64,000 nucleotides of DNA from an uncultured Verrucomicrobiae bacterium (GTDB taxonomy: Bacteria > Verrucomicrobiota > Verrucomicrobiia > Chthoniobacterales > UBA10450), in NCBI GenBank assembly GCA_963772365.1, contig CAVYXA010000003.1, positions 352,001 to 416,000 on the forward strand, read 5' to 3'. Below, piece by piece: positions 51,469 through 60,352 of this stretch (its first letter is position 1; every line of letters starts with the position of its first letter). The position numbers were made by a program, and so were the translations under genes. The notes below the pieces were generated by a model. It ran no database searches. It saw nothing but the letters and a program-made list of their open reading frames with translations, and had not been told where the DNA came from.

Positions 51469-51521
51469 AGCCGCTCTTTTACCCCACCAGTGCTACTTGT
51501 CAAGAATTGATGCCTGACCCC
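51175..51521 (-). mobile_element. TIR-bounded Y1(HUH)/RAYT-like element 3, internally deleted
   Basis: Perfect 23-bp TIRs; N-terminal part to PEANLVA joined to the extreme 3' end also seen in element 1. Confidence 0.85.
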
Positions 51522-51550
51522 TATCTTTATCTTCCCCTATCTTTATCTTC

Positions 51551-52100
51551 CTATCTCGGGTCATTCGTCTTCCTTGTAGTCCGCCCCATCGAGAACCTTC
51601 GCGCCGCCATCGGTGCCCCAGGTGTACCCGGCCCTTCCGTCAATGTTGATGTAAACGGTTGGGGCTTCGGATGCTTAGCGGGTGGTTTCGGCTGATACGG
51701 CGACGTGTCCTCCAATCCCATGGGATCCGTTCGATCCCAGGGATCATTCCAGCAGTAGCGGAAGAAATTGTAATCGCCGGCCTCGAACATCTTCGGGTCT
51801 TCGCTCATGAAACGGCCGAGCACCGGGTGATAAGCGCGCGCGCGATATTCGTAGAACCCGAATTGTGAATTGTGTACTTCTTCCGGTGAACAGGAATCTA
51901 TTTCCGATCTGACTTAATCCGCATGGACTCGATCCGCACATGATCAGATTCCCGCCGGCATCAAAGAACAATGGCAAGCCGGACTCGTCATACCGGTACG
52001 GGTCCAGTACCCGTGCTCTTCCGTTGACGATGTTGCCAGTCACCACGGCAGTGTTCCTGTTGCGATCGGGCAGGAAATATTGGCCGCGCGTCTCCGCGTT
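51551..52100 (-). pseudogene. Orphan RHS core fragment B, frameshifted, tip truncated next to element 3
   Basis: QYFLPDRN, YRYD, RFLFTG (shift near 51880), GRFMSEDP, DPMGL. Confidence 0.8.
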
Positions 52101-52102
52101 CG

Positions 52103-52585
52103 CTATTTTCCCTTCCTGCTGTAAATAGCTTGCTGAGCAATCTCGTCTAATCGAGGCTCTCGTCGAAATCGCTTTCCGTTAAAGATCAGTACTGGGCCTA
52201 CAGATACTCCAACCGTTGCGATCTTCGTTGGACCTGGCAGACTCGAGCCCACTGGGAGAACAGTTCCCTCCGTTAAATGATACCTCACCAAAAGTTCAGA
52301 GTTATGAAATGTCCATTCTCCGTTATAAACGTTACGGGGATCCCCGTTGCTGATGCGCATTCGATTTGACTGTAAAAGAACGTAACAATCAATGAAACCG
52401 AACCGGGCATTGGAGGCAAAGTAAAGAATCTCTCCTTCTCCCGACTGCAGACCTGGATTCACATCTGCGGGCGCTTTAATCCAACTTATCCCCTCCTCCA
52501 ACCAAGCGCCATCGGGCGCAAATGTCTCGGAAGCTGCCAAACGCGCTAGGGCAATAATCAACAAAAATGATAAAAGTCGCTTCAT
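52103..52585 (-). CDS. Putative periplasmic immunity protein
   Basis: ATGA overlap with toxin stop; signal peptide MKRLLSFLLIIALARLAA. Confidence 0.65.
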   Translation of the reverse strand: MKRLLSFLLIIALARLAASETFAPDGAWLEEGISWIKAPADVNPGLQSGEGEILYFASNARFGFIDCYVLLQSNRMRISNGDPRNVYNGEWTFHNSELLVRYHLTEGTVLPVGSSLPGPTKIATVGVSVGPVLIFNGKRFRREPRLDEIAQQAIYSRKGK

Positions 52586-54301
52586 GGCTCGACCACAGGA
52601 ATGTTGACGGCAACGCCGATTTTAGTGTCAGGCATGTTCCACATATAATTGATCATTCTCGTATCCACGCCGTAGCAGAGACAACCATGTGTCCAACCAT
52701 GACCATTAGTTTGTCCATGGAAGTAATCGCCCGCGTCATCCTCATTATTACCAGGGCCAGGATTTAATCGCGCACGTAGTGGGCCGTACGCTCCCACGAT
52801 ATCCATCGGCACACCGCGATACTCAAAGTTGTGCATTCGCTGGATACCATAGTGCTGCGGCGGATTACCAAGCTCCGATTTTGGATTGATCGTATTCGGT
52901 CCTTTAGCGTCACGATCGTCTGTTCTTATTACATAATTTCCATCTCGAATGGACGGTTGGCCATTTCCCCCTGAGAAGCCGGTTCCTTGCAGGACTCTTC
53001 CATTTTGGTCAAAGAATGTGAGCTTATAGTTTGTCGCTCCGGTCTGTGAATTGGTGCCCGTTGCCTTGGCGCGCAATAGCGCCGTTATTTCGCTGCGCTC
53101 GGTATGCAATCCATTCACATCATGAACGACAGTTGAATTACCCTTATGCCACTCCCATTGCTTATTTATATAGAACCAATTGAGGCCCCTCGGATCGCTG
53201 CGATCCCATGGATCATTGCCGCAGTATCGATAAAAATTGTAATCGCCGGCCTCGAACATCTTCGGGTCTTCGCTCATGAATCGGCCTATGACCGGGTGAT
53301 ACGCTCGCGCTCTGTACTCGTAAAACCCAAATTGTGAATTGTACTCTCGTCCGGTGAACAGAAACCGATTCCCGATGAGGCTCGCGCCTGTGCCGATCGG
53401 GTGACCGCCGGCGTCGAAGAATGACGGCAAGCCGAATGCGTCATAGCGATACGACTCCAGCACCGCCGCGGTAATGTCGGTGACTACCGCGATATTGCCA
53501 TTGCGATCCGGCATGAAGTACTGCCCGCCGCCAATCGCGCGGGCGATCACTTCATCGATCCCGTGCCATAGACCATCGTGCTTTTGATCATCGAGCCGTG
53601 ATCGTGCTTTTCAGGGTCGAGCCGTTGGTCTCGTATTCTACCGTCCAATGTTCGCCATCGAACAGGTAATAATTTTTCGTGGGATTGTTTGTCCCGACCG
53701 TGGTCTTGTGCTCCACGCATCGGCCCAGTGCATCGTAGAACAGCTCGTACTTGGTGGAGACATTGTTGACCAAAGCCGTGGCTGAAGAAAGCCAGGTGTC
53801 GCCTTAATATTTGTAGAGCACGCCCTTGTAGGTCGAGATCTCGTGGACGCTTCCGTTGGCCACCGTGTCTGTCCCGGCAGCGGTGTATTGGTTGAGCGCG
53901 TTCGGGGTGTAATTTTTGGTCACGCCCTGATCAATCACACTGGTGCGATTACCCGCGGCATCCAGATTGTAGGTGAACCCCCGTGTGGTCCAGCCGTAGG
54001 CGGCGGTGTGCAATTGGCCATCCGCGTAATAGCTGTATGGATCATTGGTGGTGTTGCCCTGCGTGTGGGCGACGCCGGTGAGCCGGTTCATATTGTCCAG
54101 CGTAAAATGCTCATGCGAGAACCGGACCGATGCCGAGAGATAAATGTCCAGATCGCTCATCCGATCGGCGGTGTCGTAAGTGTAATTGACAAACGAGCCG
54201 TTCTTGTAATTCATCCGCTTCTTCACGTTTGAGGCCCGATCGTAGCTGTATTTGTAATTGATTGTGCCGGTCCGACCCATTCCATCCAGGCTCGAGATCA
54301 C
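52582..54301 (-). pseudogene. RHS fragment A: YD repeats, core and intact C-terminal toxin domain (52582-53550 open); TAC-to-TAA stop at 53804 and a frameshift/duplication near 53590
   Basis: YTYDTADR, LDAAGNRTSV, NALNQYT, FTGREY, DPRGL; tip with FHG...THGC; matches fragment C over about 53200-53830. Confidence 0.85.
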
Positions 54302-54387
54302 GTCGTAACCGGTGCTCGGGGAGCGGGCGCGGTAGACACCCGCTCAATTGGGTGCGCTATTCTGGAATTCGCCTATCCGAACGGACA

Positions 54388-55731
54388 ATGAACAAACAGT
54401 ACCCTGGATCATTGCCCGCTACCAGGCTCGCCCGCCAGCTTGGACTTTTCGGCACCACGATGGCCGTGATGGGCGGAATCATTGGGGCGGGAATTTTCAT
54501 CAATCCCTATCTGGTTGCTCAACGTGTTCACACACCGCTGTTGATTCTGAGCGCATGGATTGTCGGCGGATTGATCGCGTTGGCGGGAGGATTCATTTAC
54601 GCGGAGCTTGCTGCGCGAATGCCGGTTGTCGGCGGGCAGTACGCCTATTTGCGTGAGGCGCTGCACCCGGCGGTCGCATTCATTTACGGATGGGTATTGC
54701 TCCTTGTGATCCAGACCGGCGGTGTGGCTGCGGTAGCGGTCACCTTTGCCAAATATTTTTTGAAACTAACCCACTGGCCCGTGACCGATTCCATCATCGC
54801 CGCAATCGCGCTTGGCTTACTCACCGCCATAAATTGCGCCGGTGTGCGTGCTGGCAGCCGGGTGCAATTGATCATGACTTTGACCGCGATCGGCGCAATT
54901 GCGGCTCTCGAAGGTTTCAGTTTTTGGTATGCGAATCCGCAAACCAGAAGTTTCGGCGGTCATAGACCGTCGCTACAGGTCGATGTCAATCTTATCCTCG
55001 CCTTCGGATCAGCCATGACCCCGGTCCTGTTCGCGTACGGCGGCTGGCAAACGTCGAGTTTCCTCGGTGGCGAAGTGCGCGATGCTCGAAAAACTTTGCC
55101 GCGCGCGCTGATTATCGGAGTCGTGGGCGTAATTATCGTCTATACCTCGGTGAATTTCGTTTACCTGCGCGCGCTCGGACCGACCGGTTTGGCAGAATCG
55201 ACGACGCCCGCTTCATCTGTCATGCGCGCGTTGCTTGGCCCGCGCGGCGGAGAATTCATCGCAGCGGGAATCGCTTTCTCTGCGTTTGGATTTCTCGCCC
55301 AATCAATGTTGACGGCTCCGCGCGTTTATTTCGCCATGGCCGATGACGGGGTCTTCTTCAAGAGCGTGAGTTGGGTTCATCCGCGCACGCATGTGCCCGT
55401 GATAGCGATCGCGTTACAAGGCGTATGGGCAATCGTGATCGCGCTCACCGGTACCTACGCGCAGGTGGTGAATTACGTTATCGCGATGGACTGCATCTTC
55501 TTCGGCCTAACAGCGACATGCCTGTTTGTATTTCGGTATCGCTCTGATCAGCTCGCCAACTTCCGCGTGCCCGGTCATCCCTGGACAACATTGTTGTTCA
55601 TCGCCGCCAACTGGCTCGTCGTTGTCAGCACATTCGCGCAGGATCCCAAGCGCTCGTTCATCGGGCTCGGCATCGCCATTGCCGGTTTACCCGTCTATTT
55701 CTTGTGGCAGGGCAGGACAAAAAGCTTTTAA
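54388..55731 (+). CDS. APC-family amino acid permease
   Basis: GGIIGAGIF, YAEL...P..GGQY.YL, FAYGGW, PRVYFAMA.DG. Confidence 0.92.
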   Translation: MNKQYPGSLPATRLARQLGLFGTTMAVMGGIIGAGIFINPYLVAQRVHTPLLILSAWIVGGLIALAGGFIYAELAARMPVVGGQYAYLREALHPAVAFIYGWVLLLVIQTGGVAAVAVTFAKYFLKLTHWPVTDSIIAAIALGLLTAINCAGVRAGSRVQLIMTLTAIGAIAALEGFSFWYANPQTRSFGGHRPSLQVDVNLILAFGSAMTPVLFAYGGWQTSSFLGGEVRDARKTLPRALIIGVVGVIIVYTSVNFVYLRALGPTGLAESTTPASSVMRALLGPRGGEFIAAGIAFSAFGFLAQSMLTAPRVYFAMADDGVFFKSVSWVHPRTHVPVIAIALQGVWAIVIALTGTYAQVVNYVIAMDCIFFGLTATCLFVFRYRSDQLANFRVPGHPWTTLLFIAANWLVVVSTFAQDPKRSFIGLGIAIAGLPVYFLWQGRTKSF

Positions 55732-55822
55732 GCCACAGATTTACACGGATGAAACACGGATTTGGCAATCGGCGCTGTGATCCATCCGTGTTAATCGGTG
55801 GCCATCTGTGGCTAATTAAAAT

Positions 55823-56992
55823 ATGACCCGAACAAAACACTCCGAATACATGGAATGGGCGAAACTGCATTCGCTGGCGCCATTCAATCTGGCCACCAGT
55901 GGCATTCTCAATGTTTCGCGATCTGACTTTCCGTCGGTCAAACAATTGGAAATTACAGGTTCCGACAGTTATGGCTACGAGCCGCTACAACAGCGCATCG
56001 CTCAGCACACAGGCGCGCCGATCGAATCCGTAGTGGCAGCAACCGGGACGTCGATGGCGAACCAACTTGCGATGGCTGGCGTTGTCGATCCAGGTGATGA
56101 AGTCCTGATCGAGCAACCGGCCTACGGACCGCTTGTCGATGTTGCCGAGTATCTCGGCGCTCGTGTGAAACGATTCGAACGAACGTTCGAAGACGATTTC
56201 GCAATCGATCCAGCCAGGATCGACAGCGCCGTCACCTCTGGCACGCGGCTGATTGTGCTGACAAATCTTCACAATCCGTCAGGCGCGCTTATTCCGGCCG
56301 AAACTCTGCGGGCTATCGCCGAAATCGCGCAGCGGGTCGGCGCTTACGTGCTGATCGACGAGGCATATTTGGAAATGTCGTTCGACAACAACGCGCCGTT
56401 CGCGTTTCCGGTTGCGGAATCGCTCGTTCGAAATTGCGCTGAGGACAGCGGACCCTACAGCGATCGCGCTGTGGCGTCCGGTGTCCTCACCGGAAGTTCC
56501 GCGCGCCACAATCCATTCATAGTCACGAACAGCCTCACGAAAACTTACGGCCTAAGCGGGCTGCGCTGCGGCTGGATCCTGGCCTCGGCCGAACTGGCCA
56601 AACGCATTTGGCGGCTCAATGATTTGTTTGGCGTAAACGCGCCGCATCCTGCCGAACAAATGTCGGTCGTCGCGTTCGATCATCTCGATCAATTTCGCGA
56701 CCGTGCCAGAAAATTGCTGAATGCGAATCGTGCCTTGCTAAACGCCTTTCTCGATTCGCGCACCGATCTGGAATGTTTTCGCCCGGCTGCCGGGACTATC
56801 GTTTTTCCCCGTTTGAAGCATGGAAACGCCGAGAGATTTTTCAAACTGCTACGGGAGAAATATGAAACGAGGATCGTACCCGGAAAGTTCTTCGATATGC
56901 CAGAGCATTTCCGAATCGGAGTTGGCGGAGAGACGGCGAATGTGGCCGCCGGCTTGGAGCGATTGAGCGCGGCACTGGATGAAGTTCGTTGA
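55823..56992 (+). CDS. PLP-dependent aminotransferase class I/II
   Basis: NLHNPSG, DEAY, SLTKTYGLSGLRCGW, FRIG. Confidence 0.92.
   Translation: MTRTKHSEYMEWAKLHSLAPFNLATSGILNVSRSDFPSVKQLEITGSDSYGYEPLQQRIAQHTGAPIESVVAATGTSMANQLAMAGVVDPGDEVLIEQPAYGPLVDVAEYLGARVKRFERTFEDDFAIDPARIDSAVTSGTRLIVLTNLHNPSGALIPAETLRAIAEIAQRVGAYVLIDEAYLEMSFDNNAPFAFPVAESLVRNCAEDSGPYSDRAVASGVLTGSSARHNPFIVTNSLTKTYGLSGLRCGWILASAELAKRIWRLNDLFGVNAPHPAEQMSVVAFDHLDQFRDRARKLLNANRALLNAFLDSRTDLECFRPAAGTIVFPRLKHGNAERFFKLLREKYETRIVPGKFFDMPEHFRIGVGGETANVAAGLERLSAALDEVR
56435..56494. repeat. REP doublet inserted in frame in the aminotransferase
   Basis: TGCGCTGAGGACAGCGGACCCTACAG-N8-CTGTGGCGTCCGGTGTCCTCACCGGA; arms 21/26 complementary; 60 bp. 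Confidence 0.75.
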
Positions 56993-57106
56993 AATGGGTC
57001 CCAGCTTTACGGCATTTTTAGCTTGCGCGAAGAGTCTTGCGGTTGCGCCGATTGGTGTAGCATCGTGCTCTGAGATCACGATCGATCTGGATACTGACGA
57101 ACAAAA

Positions 57107-57159
57107 ATTGTAGGGCAAGCGCATCGCTTGCCAGGCAGGCGGAGCGCCTGCCCTACAAT
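57107..57159. repeat. GTAG-type REP doublet
   Basis: ATTGTAGGGCAAGCGCATCGCTTG...GCGCCTGCCCTACAAT; matches 26268-26334. Confidence 0.8.
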
Positions 57160-57253
57160 GGCAGTTCGCTGCATCGGTGTGCAAGGTTCCAAAGGGTGCC
57201 GCCCTCAGTCGCCGTGGCGACCACGGCGCGACAGCCCCGAAAGCTTTCGGGGC

Positions 57254-57326
57254 TGGAGGTAAGGGGATTCGAACCCCTGACCTTCTCATTGCGAACGAGA
57301 CGCTCTACCAACTGAGCTATACCCCC
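57254..57326 (-). tRNA. tRNA-Ala (CGC)
   Basis: GGGGGTATAGCTCAGTTGGTAGAGCG-TCTCG-TTCGCAA-TGAGA...GGTTCGAATCC...TACCTCCA; G3:U70 pair. Confidence 0.95.
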
Positions 57327-57491
57327 GGTTCCAAGCGTCTGAATGGTAGCACGTACACCCAGTTTTTCATCAACCGAAAAGCGGGATTGCTTTCCTCGGA
57401 CAAAGTAACTAGACGAATTGAAGAGGGCGGCACCTGGCCTCGTCTATTCGCCGGGGTCGGTATCGACCTCGAAAGTCAACAAATCAAAAAT

Positions 57492-57983
57492 ATGAAATAT
57501 AAATCACAACTCGTTGCCGCGGCGTGTATCGCGGCACTGGCATTTGGGCCGGCCAGCTTGTCAGCTGCAGGCAAGAAAAAGTCGGAAACATCCGACACAA
57601 CTTCGGCATCTCCGGCCGAGACCATGGCTTCACCGACCGCACCGGCGGCCCGGCCCATCCCGTTCCACGGGGCGGTGTCGGCAGTCGATCAGACCGCGAA
57701 GACGTTCACGATTTCCGGCAAGAAGGGGTCGCGCGTTTTAAAGGTGACCGACAAGACGGCCATCGTTAAAGGAACGGCCCCTGGCAGCATGAGCGACATC
57801 ACCGAAAACGAAAAGGTGAGTGGCTCTTATTGGAAAATGCCGGATGGCAGTATGGAAGCGAAGACGGTTAAGATCGGAAAGATGGCAATGAAGGAGACTT
57901 CGATGAAAAAAGAGAAAAAGTCGAAGAAGATGAAGGAGTCTCCTTCTCCGGAAGCTTCACCAGCCGCGTCGCCGCCCTCCTAG
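57492..57983 (+). CDS. Secreted hypothetical protein (small beta domain, Lys/Ser/Pro-rich tails)
   Basis: Signal peptide; RPIPFHG.VSAVD...TFTI. Confidence 0.7.
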   Translation: MKYKSQLVAAACIAALAFGPASLSAAGKKKSETSDTTSASPAETMASPTAPAARPIPFHGAVSAVDQTAKTFTISGKKGSRVLKVTDKTAIVKGTAPGSMSDITENEKVSGSYWKMPDGSMEAKTVKIGKMAMKETSMKKEKKSKKMKESPSPEASPAASPPS

Positions 57984-58055
57984 ATCGACCGCGGAAGTAA
58001 TTTCCAGGATCGACAAACGGAACCGGGAGACAATCGGTTCCACTGGGTTTTTACA

Positions 58056-58085
58056 GGGGCGACTGTGGGAGTCGCCCCGTTTTTC
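58056..58085. terminator. Intrinsic terminator between convergent genes
   Basis: GGGGCGACT-gtggg-AGTCGCCCC followed by a T run. Confidence 0.7.
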
Positions 58086-58727
58086 TCATTTCTCGCCGGC
58101 TGCTTTCAAAGCCGCCTTAAGATCGACAACGAATCGTGCGTACTCGCGTTCGCGTGATTCATCATCCGGCTGGCGCAGCAAGGAAGAAGGATGAACCGTA
58201 GCCATCACTCTCGGAGCGATATCGGAGGAAAGTAGTTTGCCGCGTTCGCGAGTGACGCGAAATGACGGTCCGAAAATCGCCTGCGAAGCAGTCGCACCCA
58301 GGCAGACCAGCAGGTCCGGCTTAACCAAACGCAATTCCGCTTCCAGCCAAGGCCGGCAGGCGGCGATTTCGCGCGAGTTTGGTTTCTTATGGATCCGGCG
58401 TTTCCCTCGGGGCTCCCATTTGAAATGCTTAACTGCATTCGTGACGTACACCTGTTTCCGATCGATCCCTGCTTCTTCGAGCGCGCGGTCCATGATTTTT
58501 CCAGCCGGTCCGACAAACGGCTTCCCAGCGACGTCCTCAGAATCGCCCGGCTGCTCGCCTACCAGCATGATGGGCGCTTCCTTTGGTCCCTCACCAAACA
58601 CGGTTTGCGTCGCGCGCTCGTGCAGATGACAGGAAGTGCAACCACGGGCAGCTTTGCGAAGGTTGGCGAAACTCGCCGTGTGTGGTGGCGCAGCCGGTCG
58701 CGCATAATCTTTGCGGTTTGATCCCAT
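58086..58727 (-). CDS. udgX: UdgX-family uracil-DNA binding protein
   Basis: CTSCHL, GEQPG, TNAVKHFK...GKRRIHKKP (R-loop), HPSSLLR. Confidence 0.9.
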   Translation of the reverse strand: MGSNRKDYARPAAPPHTASFANLRKAARGCTSCHLHERATQTVFGEGPKEAPIMLVGEQPGDSEDVAGKPFVGPAGKIMDRALEEAGIDRKQVYVTNAVKHFKWEPRGKRRIHKKPNSREIAACRPWLEAELRLVKPDLLVCLGATASQAIFGPSFRVTRERGKLLSSDIAPRVMATVHPSSLLRQPDDESREREYARFVVDLKAALKAAGEK

Positions 58728-58824
58728 CGTCGAATAGAAATCGAATCCCGACCCCGGTTCGTTCTTAGGAAACCCGGGAGTTTCTGAGTTGCGCGCGGGC
58801 GCAACCCGGCCAGACTAGCGCAGG

Positions 58825-59952
58825 ATGCCCGATATCAGCTTCCTCGAAAGACCGTTATTGCATGTGTTCGGGCGCGACGTTTCGCTACTCGGGCTGATTG
58901 CGTTCGTGGCTCTGCTGGCCATCGGCATTGTGCTGGCGCGAATTTTGCAAAGCGATCTCGTCCGCCGACTTCTCAGCCGGCTCAAGATCGAGCAGAACTT
59001 GATCTCGATTCTCACCACCATACTCAGCCTTGCTGCCGTTGTGTTCTTCTTCGTCAGCGCAGTCAATGCCGCAGGTATTCCGCTCTCTTGGGATGCGCCC
59101 ATGCCCGGGATCAAGCTGAGTCTTTTTCAGATTTTTCTGCTGAGCGGCCTGCTGGTTGCGGTCTTCTGGATCTCGTCGCGGACAAAACGTTTTCTCTTCA
59201 ATCAGTTCCTCGCCAAGAGCGGCCTGGACCGTTCACTTCAATACGCGATTGCTCAAATCGTCAGCAACATTGTCCTGATCGTCGGCATTTTCATTGTTCT
59301 CGATAATGCCGGTATTCACCTCGGGACGCTGACAGTTTTTGCCGGCGCCGTCGGCGTTGGCGTCGGATTTGGATTACAGAATATCGCGAGCAATTTCATC
59401 AGTGGCCTGGTGATTCTGGCCGAGCGGCCCATCACCATTGGCGATCGGGTGGAGGTTGAGGGAATAGCCGGTCAGGTGCAGCACATTCGCGCTCGTAGCA
59501 CCGTGATTGTGACCAACGACAACATCACCATGATCGTGCCCAACTCGAAGTTTATCGAATCACCTGTGACCAACTGGACCTACGGCGATCCGCGTGTGCG
59601 ATTTCGCATTCCCGTGGGCGTGGCTTATGGAAGCGATGTGGAAAAAACGTGCGAAGCGCTGGTAGCCGCCGGCCGCGAAAATCCGCAAACCCTCGATGAT
59701 CCAGCGCCAAGCGTTTTCCTGAGCAACTTCGGCGATAACGCCCTGGAATTCGAACTTGTTGTCTGGAGCAGCCACATGAGTGCACGGCCGCGGCGTTATC
59801 GAAGTGAATTGAACTTTGCCATCGAGCGGAAACTCCGTGAAGCGGGGATCGAGATCGCCTTCCCGCAGCGCGACATTCACATCCGAAGCGGCGTGTTGAA
59901 AGTCGAAAACGCCCAGGAGAGCGGGGACGGAGAGAAGCCGGTAACAGACTGA
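58825..59952 (+). CDS. Small-conductance mechanosensitive channel (MscS family)
   Basis: GVGVGFGLQNIASNFISG, ERPI.IGD, IVPNS, IAFPQRD. Confidence 0.92.
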   Translation: MPDISFLERPLLHVFGRDVSLLGLIAFVALLAIGIVLARILQSDLVRRLLSRLKIEQNLISILTTILSLAAVVFFFVSAVNAAGIPLSWDAPMPGIKLSLFQIFLLSGLLVAVFWISSRTKRFLFNQFLAKSGLDRSLQYAIAQIVSNIVLIVGIFIVLDNAGIHLGTLTVFAGAVGVGVGFGLQNIASNFISGLVILAERPITIGDRVEVEGIAGQVQHIRARSTVIVTNDNITMIVPNSKFIESPVTNWTYGDPRVRFRIPVGVAYGSDVEKTCEALVAAGRENPQTLDDPAPSVFLSNFGDNALEFELVVWSSHMSARPRRYRSELNFAIERKLREAGIEIAFPQRDIHIRSGVLKVENAQESGDGEKPVTD

Positions 59953-60352
59953 CTATTTCTTTCGAGCCAGTGGTTGAGCCAGCGCGCGAGTGGCCATGTC
60001 AATCAGCTCCGGCGCGGTGATGGGCTTCTCGAGAAATGCAAAAGCGCCCAGTCGCAGGGCTTCGGCTTTCACGTCAGCTCCGCCGAATGCGGTGATGATA
60101 ATAACCGGCAGGTGGGGGAGAGCAGTGCTGGCAAAGCCCCAAAATTCCGCGGCCACTAAACATTGGCATCCGTAAATCGGTAATCAGGAGGTCGTAATGT
60201 TTTTCGGGACTCGTTAGTTCCTCCAGAGTCTTGGCCGGATCGCAAGTGCTTGTGACTTGCATGCCGTGCCGAGAAAGCACTTTGGTCATCGCCCGAAGCA
60301 TCGCCGGATCGTCGTCCACAACGAGAACAGATTTTTCAGTTAGTTGATTCAT
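59953..60352 (-). pseudogene. Single-domain response regulator with frameshift near 60150
   Basis: VLVVDDD...ITDLRMP in one frame; PVIIITAFG...FLEKP in another. Confidence 0.75.

Noticed and set aside
45600..51521. CRISPR-like array from the recurring 23-bp sequence
   Set aside because: Copies are inverted pairs hundreds of bp apart bounding transposase remnants; there are no regular spacers and no cas genes.
47199..53830. Diversity-generating retroelement template/variable repeats among the RHS cores
   Set aside because: Differences between copies appear mostly synonymous and not adenine-specific, and there is no reverse transcriptase in the window.
40778..57326. tRNA-anchored integrative island or prophage
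   Set aside because: No integrase or phage genes, and no duplicated tRNA 3' end noticed; the RHS block is not adjacent to either tRNA.
58086..58727. UdgX as part of a novel defence or DNA-modification system
   Set aside because: Known family; no radical-SAM partner or defence genes adjacent.
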